A stretch of 64,000 nt of DNA from an uncultured beta proteobacterium (GTDB taxonomy: Bacteria > Pseudomonadota > Gammaproteobacteria > Burkholderiales > Gallionellaceae): contig CAVQQO010000006.1 of assembly GCA_963715005.1 (NCBI GenBank), positions 293,293-357,292 on the forward strand, given 5' to 3'. The position numbers were made by a program, and so were the translations under genes. Below are positions 45,391 through 55,062 of the stretch, piece by piece (the stretch's first letter is position 1; each line of letters starts with the position of its first letter). The notes under the pieces are model-generated. The model ran no database searches. It was given only the letters and a program-made list of their open reading frames with translations, and had not been told where the DNA came from.

Positions 45391-46056
45391 GTGAGCACCG
45401 CTCCCATCGGCATTCTTGGCGGTACGTTCGATCCCATTCATCACGGGCATCTGCGTATCGCACAAGAAGCGCTGGAGCAGTGCAAGCTGGGGCAGGTTCG
45501 TTTCATCCCCTGCGGCACTCCACCGCATCGCGCCGCACCGCGGGCCCCGGCACAAGCACGCTGGGAGATGGTACGTCTGGCCTTGAGCGGCCATCCTGAT
45601 TTTCTCGTCGATGTGCACGAGGTGTTTCGCGACGACCCATGCTACACAGTGGACACGCTCACTGCGCTGCGCGCGGAATTTGGCGCAGAGCAACCTCTGT
45701 GCCTCATCCTCGGCGGCGATGCCTTCCTGCAACTGCACACCTGGCACGAGTGGAAACGCCTGTTCGAGCTGGCGCATATCGTGGTGCTGCAACGCGCCGG
45801 TAGCCAGCCGCTGGGTAATGCGATGGCCCACGCCGATAGCGCGCTGCAAGCCGAATATCGGGCTCGCCTCGCCCCCGGCGCACAAGCGCTGCATGAAACG
45901 CCTGCCGGTGCGATCTTCGTTGCCGACATGCGCGCTTTGGAAATCTCCGCCACCGACATCCGCCACCGTTGTGCGGAGGGAAAAAGTGTCCGTTACCTTG
46001 TACCGGATGCTGTCGCAAATTACATCGATACTCACCAACTTTACCGCACATGCTAA
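45391..46056 (+). CDS. nadD: Nicotinate-nucleotide adenylyltransferase
   Basis: GGTFDPIHHGH, ISATDIR. Confidence 0.96.
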   Translation: MSTAPIGILGGTFDPIHHGHLRIAQEALEQCKLGQVRFIPCGTPPHRAAPRAPAQARWEMVRLALSGHPDFLVDVHEVFRDDPCYTVDTLTALRAEFGAEQPLCLILGGDAFLQLHTWHEWKRLFELAHIVVLQRAGSQPLGNAMAHADSALQAEYRARLAPGAQALHETPAGAIFVADMRALEISATDIRHRCAEGKSVRYLVPDAVANYIDTHQLYRTC

Positions 46057-46403
46057 GCACAGAAGAAAAGACCCAAGCCATCGTCGCCGCACTGGAAGAC
46101 GTCAAAGCACTCGACATCAGCGTCATCGACACCAGCAAACTCAGCCCGCTGTTCGATCGCATGATCGTCGCCAGCGCCCAATCCACCCGCCAGACCAAAG
46201 CGCTGGCCGACAATGTCGATAAGAAGCTCAAGGAATTGAACGAAGACCCGCTCAGCGTGGAAGGGGCGCAAAGCGGCGAGTGGATCCTGCTGGACTTCGG
46301 CGAAGTGCTGGTGCACATCATGCAGCCGGCGGTGCGCGCCTATTACAACCTTGAAGAACTGTGGAGCGCGCACCCCAAGGTGCACGCCAAAACCGCAAAA
46401 TGA
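46050..46403 (+). CDS. rsfS: Ribosome silencing factor
   Basis: [30 protein letters not shown]. Confidence 0.95.
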   Translation: MLSTEEKTQAIVAALEDVKALDISVIDTSKLSPLFDRMIVASAQSTRQTKALADNVDKKLKELNEDPLSVEGAQSGEWILLDFGEVLVHIMQPAVRAYYNLEELWSAHPKVHAKTAK

Positions 46404-46870
46404 AACTGCTGATCCTGGCGGTGGGCAACAAGATGCCATCGTGGATCACCGAGGGTTTCAACGAATACGCCAAGCGCATGCCGCGCGAGGCGACGATCTC
46501 GCTGATCGAGATCAAACCGGAAGCACGCAACAGCGGCAAGACGGCAGCGCAGATCATGGAAGCGGAAGCGCAGCGCATCCGCGCCGCATTGCCGGCCAGC
46601 GCGCTGTGCATCGCGCTCGATGAACACGGTGCCACCCCCACCACCAGACAACTTACCCAGCAGATGCAGGGCTGGATGCAGCAAGGCCGCGATGTCGCGT
46701 TCATCATCGGCGGAGCGGACGGCCTGCACGAATCCGTCAAACACCAGGCGCAGCATCTGATGGCGCTGTCCGCCCTCACCCTGCCGCACGGCATGGTGCG
46801 TGTGTTGTTGGCAGAGCAGCTGTATCGAGCGCACAGCCTGATGCACAATCATCCTTACCATCGAGAGTGA
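46400..46870 (+). CDS. rlmH: 23S rRNA m3Psi1915 methyltransferase
   Basis: IGGADG, LPH..VR.LL.EQLYRA, HPYHRE. Confidence 0.97.
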   Translation: MKLLILAVGNKMPSWITEGFNEYAKRMPREATISLIEIKPEARNSGKTAAQIMEAEAQRIRAALPASALCIALDEHGATPTTRQLTQQMQGWMQQGRDVAFIIGGADGLHESVKHQAQHLMALSALTLPHGMVRVLLAEQLYRAHSLMHNHPYHRE

Positions 46871-47470
46871 GCATGGGCAGCAAACATCAACGCATCTATC
46901 TCGCCTCGCAAAGCCCACGCCGCCGCGAACTGCTCAAGCAGATCGGCGTGCACTACGAGTTGCTGTCGGTGGAAGTGGACGAGACGCCTTATCTGGAAGA
47001 AGACCCGTTGACCTATGTGCAGCGCGTATGCCGCGCCAAGGCCGAGGCGGGCTGGAACTCGCTGCTGGCGAACAAGCTGCCGCCGCAGCCCGGTGCTTGC
47101 CGCCGACACCACCGTGACCATAGCCGGCAACATCATCGGCAAACCCGACGACGACGCGCACGCCGCCGAGATATTGCGCTGCCTGTCCGGCAAGAAACAC
47201 CAGGTGCTCACCGCCGTCGCGCTGGCCTTCGAGGACCAGCTGGAAATGCGCCTGTCGACCACCACCGTCACCTTCGACACGCTCAGCGAAGATCGCATCC
47301 ACCGTTACCTGCTCACCCGCGAAGCGCACGGAAAGGCCGGTGCATATGGCATCCAGGGCTATGCCGGCGCGTTCGTGCGGCACATCGACGGCAGCTACAC
47401 CGGCGTGATGGGACTGCCGCTGTACGAGACGGTAGAATTGCTGAAACTATTCGGATATCCCGCACCATGA
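46867..47470 (+). CDS. Maf family nucleotide pyrophosphatase (apparent frameshift near 47091)
   Basis: [34 protein letters not shown]. Confidence 0.93.
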
Positions 47471-48926
47471 CAGAAGAGATCCTGATCAACGTCACCCCGC
47501 AGGAAACCCGCGTCGCGGTGATGCAGCAAGGTGTCGTGCAGGAACTGCACGTCGAGCGCGGCAGCCAGCGCGGCCTGGTCAGCAACGTCTATATCGGCAA
47601 GGTGAAGCGCGTGCTGCCCGGCATGCAGTCGGCGTTCATCGACATCGGGCTGGAGCGCTCCGCCTTCCTGCATGTCGCCGACATCTGGGAGAACCGCGCC
47701 AACGGCGACGATGCCGCCAAGCCCATCGAGAAGGTGCTGTTCGAGGGACAGAGCCTGCTGGTGCAGGTCATCAAGGACCCCATCGGCACCAAAGGCGCGC
47801 GCCTTTCCACGCAACTGAGTTTCGCCGGACGCCTGCTGGTGTATCTGCCGCAGGAGTCGCACATCGGCGTCTCGCAGCGCATCGAGAACGAAGAAGAGCG
47901 CGAGGCCCTGCGCGCCAAGCTGCAGCAGGTGCTGCCGGCCGAGCACAAGGGCGGCTACATCATCCGCACCATGGCCGAGTCCGCCATCCGACAACGAGTT
48001 GCGTGCCGACGTCGCTTATCTGGACAAGCTGTGGAGCAATCTGCAGCAGCAATCCCAGCGGCTGGGCGCCCCCGCGCTGCTGTACAAGGAACTGGACATC
48101 AGCCTGCGCGTGCTGCGCGATTTCGTGAACGAAGAGACCACGCGCATCCTCGTCGATTCGCGCGAAACGCACGAACGCATGCTGGCCTTCGCCACGGATT
48201 ACATCGCCGCCGCGCGTGCCCAAGCTGGAGCGCTATGCCGGCGCGCGCCCGCTGTTCGACCTGTACAGCGTGGAAGAAGAGATCGAACGCGCGCTGTCGC
48301 GCCGCGTCGACCTGAAATCCGGCGGTTACCTCATCATCGACCAGACCGAGGCGCTCACCACCATCGACGTCAACACAGGCGGCTTCGTGGGCGGGCGCAC
48401 CTTCGACGACACCATCTTCAAGACCAACCTGGAGGCGGCGCAGGTCATCGCCCGCCAGCTGCGACTGCGCAACCTGGGCGGCATCATCATCTGCGACTTC
48501 ATCGATATGGATAGCGCCGAGCACCGCGACGCCGTGCTGGAGGAGTTCAAAAAGATGCTGGCGCGCGACCATACCCGCATCAGCGTAAGTGGTTTTTCCG
48601 CGCTAGGCCTGGTCGAGATGACGCGCAAACGCACCCGCGAGAGTCTGGCCCATGTGCTGTGCGAACCCTGCCCCACCTGCCAGGGACGCGGCGAGGTAAA
48701 GACCGCCCAGACCGTGTGCTACGAGATCCTGCGCGAGATCGTGCGCGAGGCCCGCCAGTTCAACGCCCGCGAATACCGCATCCTCGCCTCGCAACAGGTC
48801 ATCGACCTGTTCCTGGACGAGGAATCGCAAAGCCTCGCCTTGCTTTCCGACTTCATCGGCAAAGCTGTCTCCCTGCAGGTCGAGACGCTTTACTCGCAAG
48901 AACAATACGATGTCATCCTGATGTAG
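47467..48926 (+). CDS. rng: Ribonuclease G (apparent frameshifts near 47986 and 48213)
   Basis: VLPGMQSAFIDIG, DVNTG, RNLGGIII.DFIDM, CPTCQG. Confidence 0.96.
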
Positions 48927-49018
48927 GGTTTCTTAACGCTTTTTTGACATTCGTTTTGGTAAACTCTTCGCGCGTTTCAGACGCATAAACCAAATATAAA
49001 CGCTCAGGGAGAATCAGC

Positions 49019-49747
49019 ATGTTGAAAAAGCATTTGGCTGGCCTGCTGGCCGCCGCCTGTATCGCCGCACCCGCTTTTGCCCACGACGAACACGAACACG
49101 GCGATGCCGCTGTGGCACAAGCCATCATCAAGGAAATCCAGTCCAACGATAGCGCCTATATCGCCGCCCACAATGCGGCGTTCTTCCAGGAACTGTCCAA
49201 AGGCCAACATCCGCGCGCCACGGTTGTGACCTGTTCCGATTCGCGAGTACACACCAACATGCTGGACAACACCCCGGAAGGCGATTTGTTCATGGTGCGC
49301 AACATCGGCAACCAGCTGGCGACCTCCAAGGGTTCCGTGGAATACGGCGTTAACCACCTGGCCTCTTCCCTGCTGATCGTCATCGGCCACTCTTCCTGCG
49401 GCGCGATCAAGGCAGCCAGCGGCGACTATGCCGGTATCGAGGCTGATATCAAGAAGGAGCTGGATACCATCAACATCACCAAGGGCGGCGCCAACATCGA
49501 CGGCGTGAAGACCAACGTCAACAACCAGGTCGCTGCAGCACTCAAGGAATTCGCGGACAAGGTGAAGGCAGGGCAATTGCTCGTGGTAGGTGCGGTGTAT
49601 GACTTTGCCGACGACATGAAGCAAGGGGCCGGCAAACTCAACATCATCAACGTCAACGGTGACACCGATGCCGCCAAGATCGCAGCAGCTCTCTCCGCCA
49701 AACCGGTGGCTGTTGCTGAGAACGAGCACGCGCACGCACATCACTAA
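49019..49747 (+). CDS. Exported beta-class carbonic anhydrase
   Basis: CSDSRV and HSSCG zinc ligands; Sec signal peptide ending AFA; His-rich N- and C-termini. Confidence 0.92.
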   Translation: MLKKHLAGLLAAACIAAPAFAHDEHEHGDAAVAQAIIKEIQSNDSAYIAAHNAAFFQELSKGQHPRATVVTCSDSRVHTNMLDNTPEGDLFMVRNIGNQLATSKGSVEYGVNHLASSLLIVIGHSSCGAIKAASGDYAGIEADIKKELDTINITKGGANIDGVKTNVNNQVAAALKEFADKVKAGQLLVVGAVYDFADDMKQGAGKLNIINVNGDTDAAKIAAALSAKPVAVAENEHAHAHH

Positions 49748-49791
49748 GCTTCATAGTGACCAGTAAAAAAGCCGGCGTAAGCCGGCTTTTT
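49739..49791. terminator. CA 3' end plus bidirectional terminator, copy 1 of direct repeat T
   Basis: CATCACTAAGCTTCATAGTGACCAGTAAAAAAGCCGGCGTAAGCCGGCTTTTT. Confidence 0.9.
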
Positions 49792-49896
49792 TATTTGCAG
49801 TTACATAAGGCCTGCAGGCAGAAAGTGTAGCAGTCAAAGTGGCCCGGCTCTGAAGTCTCCCCACAAACCCTGAATTGGAGCTACACAGGTGCATAT

Positions 49897-50046
49897 TTAC
49901 AGCCCCAAGATGATCAATGCGCCAGCAGTAGTGGCAACAATAGCCATGACAGTGCCCATGCCCGAAAAACTAAGATGGAGCAGGTGAGATAGACCCGTGG
50001 CGATAAGCCAGGCACTTAGTAGCAGCGAACCGAAAGTTCTTTTCAT
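49897..50046 (-). CDS. Small 2-TM membrane protein (49 aa)
   Basis: MKRTFGSLLLSAWLIATGL...AGALIILGL; AAGGA RBS upstream. Confidence 0.7.
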   Translation of the reverse strand: MKRTFGSLLLSAWLIATGLSHLLHLSFSGMGTVMAIVATTAGALIILGL

Positions 50047-50183
50047 TGAGAGATTCCTTGTAAAACTATTTTGATTTGAGAATGAGGGCCAGAGCAACAC
50101 TTACTCAGTGCTGCCGCTCGACCGGCCCGCACCGTACCTGTCCGGCATCGCACGGTCAATATGCCAACCATCGGATCAATGGC

Positions 50184-50212
50184 GGATCAATGGGGTCGGA
50201 CTCGATTGATCC
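50184..50212. repeat. Palindromic repeat A, copy 1
   Basis: GGATCAAT-GGGGTCGGACTCG-ATTGATCC (8-bp arms); overlaps an 11-bp tandem duplication CGGATCAATGG (50172-50193). Confidence 0.85.
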
Positions 50213-50213
50213 T

Positions 50214-50265
50214 CATCACTAAGCTCATAGTGACCAGTAAAAAAGCCGGCACAAGCCGGCTTTTT
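50214..50265. repeat. Direct repeat T, copy 2 (CA 3' end plus terminator)
   Basis: Matches 49739-49791 except for a 1-nt deletion and 2 loop substitutions. Confidence 0.92.
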
Positions 50266-50282
50266 GGGGTGCGCCGCTTAAT

Positions 50283-50750
50283 TCAGTGATTCATCCCATC
50301 TGCCCAAGCTTTCTCCGCTGGTTTGCTGGTGCTGCTTAGAATGCCATACGAATCAAAACGTTTTTCCCGATTGTAATAATCAATGGCCTCTGTGCGCCAA
50401 AGAGTAAGAACACCGTTCAGCATTCGGAATGTCCATTGTTTTTGATAAATTTGGTCGTGTTCCAGAAGAACTGTATCCCCCTTAAGCAAGTATTTGCCGG
50501 TCAGTGGATAGTGAGGCTCTCTACGGGTGACAGGGTCGATATAGGCAAAATCACTCCTGAACCAATATCGGAAGTGGCCATTTTTGAGTTCGAGCACTGT
50601 GGATGAGTAACCATTCGCCAGCTTAAATACGCCGTTTTGCGGCCTTGCCACTTGAGGAACTGGCGGCTCATCAGCAGCGTAAGACGCTAAAGCAAAGATA
50701 AGCGACATAAGGAATGTTAAGGAGGCTAAGAATTTGGCGCTCATGTTCAT
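50283..50750 (-). CDS. Hypothetical exported protein, AT-richer than flanks
   Basis: Signal-peptide-like N-terminus (..LIFALASYAA); no recognised family. Confidence 0.7.
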   Translation of the reverse strand: MNMSAKFLASLTFLMSLIFALASYAADEPPVPQVARPQNGVFKLANGYSSTVLELKNGHFRYWFRSDFAYIDPVTRREPHYPLTGKYLLKGDTVLLEHDQIYQKQWTFRMLNGVLTLWRTEAIDYYNREKRFDSYGILSSTSKPAEKAWADGMNH

Positions 50751-50752
50751 GG

Positions 50753-50779
50753 AATCGATGGGGTCAGACTCGATTGATT
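50753..50779. repeat. Palindromic repeat A, copy 2
   Basis: AATCGAT-GGGGTCAGACTCG-ATTGATT; 2 mismatches to copy 1 over the 25-nt core. Confidence 0.85.
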
Positions 50780-52101
50780 TTGCGAGCGGCGATGTCAAGC
50801 AGCACTGAGCGACTCATCACAAAGCGGCCATCGGCATCCTTGATCGCATTGGCGCTCAGCAACACAGGCAGGGTGGTGCCATCCTTGCGCAGGATCTCGA
50901 GTTCCAGATTGCGTAGCCAGCCGCTCTCTTTGAAGCGTTGCTCGCTTTCCTGAAAAATATTCCTGCTCACCGGCGTCAGCAGATCGGTGAACCTCATCTT
51001 GCCCACGACCTCTTCACGGATGAGGCCTAGCCACTGAAGTCCAGTGTCGTTGATGTGGGTGAAGACCCCGTCCGGGTCGAGCGAGTGGTAGGCGCAGGGA
51101 GCGTTATGGTAAAAGTCCGCGAGCTGATCGGCATATTTCTTGAGCGCGCTCCCGGCCTGCGTGCACTCGCCCAGCTTGCTGACGAGATTGGCGTTGGCCG
51201 ACTCGAGTATCGCGGTCTGTTTCTCGAACTGGGTCGTGCGATTGGCCACCAGCTCTTCGAGTCGCCGGCGATGCTGATGCAGTTCCTCTTCGACCTCCTT
51301 GTCTTTGGTGATATCGACCAGGATACCCTGCAGGAACAATGGCTCACCCGATTCGTGGCGCACCAGGCTCGCCTCGTTCAGGAACCAGCGCACTTCGCCG
51401 TCACTGGTGAGCAGGCGGTATTCGCAGCGCACAGGCGCTCCGCTCTCGTAGCCGCGCGCGATCTCTGCATACACAAGAGCCCGGTCATCCGGATAGACCT
51501 GCTTGAGCAATCCTTCCGGCTCGGCCAGCAACTCCTCGGGGGAAAAACCGAGCTGGCTGATCTGCGGGCTGATGTATAACAGCTTGCCGGAAGCATCCAG
51601 TGCGGTGGTGTAAGTGATGGCGGGAATCTGCTCCACCAGAAAGCGGTACTTCGCTTCGGCCCTGACCAGATTCTCTTCCGCCTGTTTCTTTTCCAGCAGC
51701 GTCCGCCGTTCGCGCAACACGCGCTCGATGACGGCGGGCAGCAACTCGAGATACTGGCGGTTCGTATCCTTGACCAGGTAGTCCTGCGCACCGCGCTTCA
51801 TGGCCTCGACTGCGACCGATGCGTTGTCGGCGCCGGTCAACATCATGACCGGCACCGGAATCTCGCCCAAGTCGTTTCTCAGCTCGGCCAGAAACTCCAG
51901 CCCATCCAGATCGGGCAAGTGATAATCGAGCAGCACGCAGTCCGGCTTTTGCGCATGGGCGAGTTGCAGTCCCTCGCGCCCGGTTTCAGCTTCCGCCAGC
52001 ACGAATTCATAATTGGGGTCCTGCGCCAGCGCGCGGCGGCAGGCCATGCGGTCCACCAGGTCGTCCTCAACGAGGAGTATGTGTATCTGCGGCTTGCTCA
52101 T
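50764..52101 (-). CDS. Response regulator with two PAS/PAC domains, no output domain
   Basis: ILLVEDD, LLDYHLPD, GAQDYLVK, two PAS-PAC; stop codon lies inside repeat A copy 2. Confidence 0.85.
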   Translation of the reverse strand: MSKPQIHILLVEDDLVDRMACRRALAQDPNYEFVLAEAETGREGLQLAHAQKPDCVLLDYHLPDLDGLEFLAELRNDLGEIPVPVMMLTGADNASVAVEAMKRGAQDYLVKDTNRQYLELLPAVIERVLRERRTLLEKKQAEENLVRAEAKYRFLVEQIPAITYTTALDASGKLLYISPQISQLGFSPEELLAEPEGLLKQVYPDDRALVYAEIARGYESGAPVRCEYRLLTSDGEVRWFLNEASLVRHESGEPLFLQGILVDITKDKEVEEELHQHRRRLEELVANRTTQFEKQTAILESANANLVSKLGECTQAGSALKKYADQLADFYHNAPCAYHSLDPDGVFTHINDTGLQWLGLIREEVVGKMRFTDLLTPVSRNIFQESEQRFKESGWLRNLELEILRKDGTTLPVLLSANAIKDADGRFVMSRSVLLDIAARKINRV

Positions 52102-52514
52102 TGCGGTACCTCGCTGATAGTCCAGTAGGCGTTGATGGTGCGCATGACTTCCACGAATTGCCGGTAATCCACAGGCTTGGCCATATAGCCGGCCACCCCG
52201 AGATCGAAGCTGTTGGTGATGTCCTGTTGCTCCCCGGACGTGGTCAGCACCACCACCGGAATGCGCTTGAGCAGTGCGTCGTGCTTCACCACCTGCAGGA
52301 ACTCGATGCCGTTCATGATCGGCATGTTGATGTCGAGCAGGATGATGCACGGCCTTGCGCTTGCCGGGTCGCGCAGATAGTGCAGCGCTTCCTCGCCGTT
52401 TTCCGGATTCACCACCGGGTTGGTGACGCGGATCTCCTTCAGCGCACGCTTGACCGTCATGACGTCCACCTGGTCGTCTTCCACCAGCAGGATGGGCTTG
52501 TCGCCGTTCTTCAT
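52098..52514 (-). CDS. Single-domain response regulator (Rcp1-like)
   Basis: ILLVEDD, LLDINMP..GIEFL, RIPVVVLTTS, YMAKPV, INAYW. Confidence 0.92.
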   Translation of the reverse strand: MKNGDKPILLVEDDQVDVMTVKRALKEIRVTNPVVNPENGEEALHYLRDPASARPCIILLDINMPIMNGIEFLQVVKHDALLKRIPVVVLTTSGEQQDITNSFDLGVAGYMAKPVDYRQFVEVMRTINAYWTISEVPQ

Positions 52515-53865
52515 GCGCGGGCTCCTTCGCTTGAGATACTCGGCGTGCAGACGTGCGCGGCAGGGTGAAGAAAAATGTGCTTCCCTCGCCGACAGTGGAC
52601 TCGACCCAGACGCGTCCACCATACATCTCCACGATCTTCTTTACCAGCGCCAGGCCGACACCGGAGCTTTCCACGCGGTCGCGCGGGGCGAGGGTCTGGA
52701 ACAACTGGAATATCTTGCCGAAATGTTGCTGTTTGATGCCGGGGCCGTTGTCGGTGACGCTGAATTTCCAGTATTCGCCCTCGGCACTGCTGGCAACGTG
52801 AATCTCGCCCTCGGGCTTATCCATGTATTTGATGGCATTGGAGAGCAAGTTCTGGAACACCTGCTGGATGCGGGTCGGCTCGGTGATGACCGTCGGCAGG
52901 GAATTCTCGATGCTGACCTTGATGCCTGCCGGTGGTGCCAGCAAGTCGACCACCTCCCCTACCAGGCGGTTGAGATCCACTGCGACCATCGTTTCCTTCA
53001 CCCGCCCCACCCGCGAATACAGGAGTATCCCGTCGATCAGGCCATCCATGCGGTGCACCCGGTTGATCAAGATGCGCATCTGCTCACGGCCCGCGTCATC
53101 GAACTTGTCCGCGTAATCCGTGGCTAGCCAATCCGCCAACGAGCTGATGGCGCGCAGCGGCGCCTTGAGGTCATGCGACACCACATAGGCGAAGTTTCTG
53201 AGTTCCTCGTTGGCGCTCTCAAGCTCCCGCAGCAGACTGTCCTGTTTCTCCTCCGCCCGTTTGCGTTCGGTGATATCGCGCATGAAACTGTATATCCGCC
53301 CGCCGTTGAGAGCACTGTAGTTCGAGCTCACCTCCACGATCTGGATACGGCCATCCTTGCGGCGTTTGCGCGCCTCGTAACGATCGCTCCCCGTTTCAAG
53401 CAGCTTGGCGATATCCCGCGGCATCTCTTCCGGTGTTCCCGCCACCTCGATGTCTGCCGTGCTCATCTTTTTCAACTCGGCGCGGCTGTATCCCGTCATC
53501 TGGCAATAGGCATCGTTCACTTCCAGGATGCGTCCTTGCAGATCGGTAATCAGGAAAGCATCCAGCGAGGTGCGGAGCATGACCTTGAACTGCTCTTCCT
53601 CGTTCTTGTGCAGCACTTCTTCAATCTTCTCGCGCTCGCGGACATGGATGACCAGAGGTCGAAACAGGAAAAAATACAGCACTGGGGAAACTACCGCGAT
53701 CAGCAGCGTGGCGTCGATGATCGCCTCGCCCATTAAAGTTAGCCGCGGCAGGGAGTAAAGCAGCAGCATCACGGCTGCTTCCGAGATGAAAACGGACAGG
53801 GAAACGATAAGCAGGATTAAAGCCGGGGATTTCAAAAGCAACGACTGGTTGTGTACGGTATACAT
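52511..53865 (-). CDS. Membrane PAS sensor histidine kinase (3' end uncertain; probable indel near 52540)
   Basis: 2 TM, PAS, FAYVVSHDLKAPL H-box, NLLSNAIKY, DNGPGI, GVGLA. Confidence 0.9.
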
Positions 53866-53971
53866 CGCTCGCCCCGCCTGGCTGTTTGATGCCGCATTAT
53901 AGTAGATGCGCAGCGGGAAGATAGCGAAGCAACCCCCGGCGTTTATGCGGGCGTGCCGCTCCGGTCATTTA

Positions 53972-54259
53972 TCAGGCGCGCAGCAGACTCTCCGGCTCGA
54001 CCTTGCTCCCCGTGATCGCCACGACCTTGTGGCGCGACTGTCCGCCTTGTTTGAGTTCGACCTGACGCAGGGGAACGCCGAAGAAATCGGCGATGAATTT
54101 GAGCAATGCTTCGTTGGCACGACCTTCGACGGGCGGCGCGGCGAGGCGGATCTTCAAAGCTTCGCCATGCAGACCCGACACTTCAGTGCGTTTCGCGCCG
54201 GGCTGCACATGCAAGGTCAGGGTGATCAGGTCACCGGCACGGCGGTACCACCCGCTCAC
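53972..54259 (-). CDS. DUF167 (YggU) protein
   Basis: VQPGAKR, APPVEGRAN, SRHK. Confidence 0.93.
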   Translation of the reverse strand: MSGWYRRAGDLITLTLHVQPGAKRTEVSGLHGEALKIRLAAPPVEGRANEALLKFIADFFGVPLRQVELKQGGQSRHKVVAITGSKVEPESLLRA

Positions 54260-54822
54260 AACAATCTCAAGGCAGCCTGTTCCAGGCCGCCCACCGGCAC
54301 GATGAGGATGAGCTGGCAGATGATGAACAGCACCAGCACGGAAAGATCGACGTTGCCCACCAGCGGGATGCGACGGCGCAAGGGTTGCACGAAGGGGCGA
54401 TTGACCGCAGCCAGCATCGGCGCCAGCGGCGTGTGCGGATTGACCCAGGACAGGATCGCCTCGGCCAGCAGCGTGGCGACAAGCAGGTAGATGCTGATCT
54501 TCAGCAGTTTGACCGCCGTCCAGGCCAGCAAGCCCAGCAAAGGGAAGGTTTCAAACGGATAGCCTTGCGTCCACAACGAGGCCATGAGATAGATGAACTC
54601 CGCTAAAAAGGCCAACAGCAGCGTGGCGCTATCCAATCCCCGGACTGCAGGAACGAAACGGCGCACGCGCAGCACGACGAAATCGGTGATCGCCATGAGG
54701 AATTCGCCGATGGGGTTGCGCATCGGCGCCTGCAGCCACACTGCATGGAAGCGGAACAGCAGAACCGCCGCAAATGGCTGCACCAGTGCGTCGATCAAAA
54801 ACGAGAGCGCCTCACCCAGCAT
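54256..54822 (-). CDS. YggT family membrane protein
   Basis: NPIGEFL, ILSWVNP, PLRRRIP..G.VDLS. Confidence 0.92.
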   Translation of the reverse strand: MLGEALSFLIDALVQPFAAVLLFRFHAVWLQAPMRNPIGEFLMAITDFVVLRVRRFVPAVRGLDSATLLLAFLAEFIYLMASLWTQGYPFETFPLLGLLAWTAVKLLKISIYLLVATLLAEAILSWVNPHTPLAPMLAAVNRPFVQPLRRRIPLVGNVDLSVLVLFIICQLILIVPVGGLEQAALRLL

Positions 54823-55062
54823 TGGCCACCTCTGAAAATTCAAAATTCAAAGCAAGACAAGGCGCGAGCAAAAAATTGCGACGCGGCATATGTGCGGTCA
54901 TGACACGGTGCGGCGGAAGCCGTCTGGTGCGGGAATGACCGCTTGCGCCATCTCCCGCAAACGGCTGCTTCGCAGTAACGTGTCGATGGCGCAGTATGTA
55001 AGGAGTAATTTTTTGCGAGCAACGCCGTATTGCGACGAAGTTTGGATTTTCAGAGGTAGCCA
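54823..55062. mobile_element. 240-bp inverted-repeat (MITE/ERIC-like) element
   Basis: 26-bp terminal inverted repeats with 3 mismatches (54823-54848 / 55037-55062) and nested internal stems; non-coding. Confidence 0.7.

Noticed and set aside
49739-50779. CRISPR array
   Set aside because: Only two copies of each repeat, separated by gene-sized segments; no cas genes
50764-53865. 1033-aa kinase-receiver-PAS fusion in the ORF track
   Set aside because: The middle ~140 aa is an off-frame reading of the Rcp1-like gene; an indel near 52540 most likely removed the kinase stop that would overlap the next ATG
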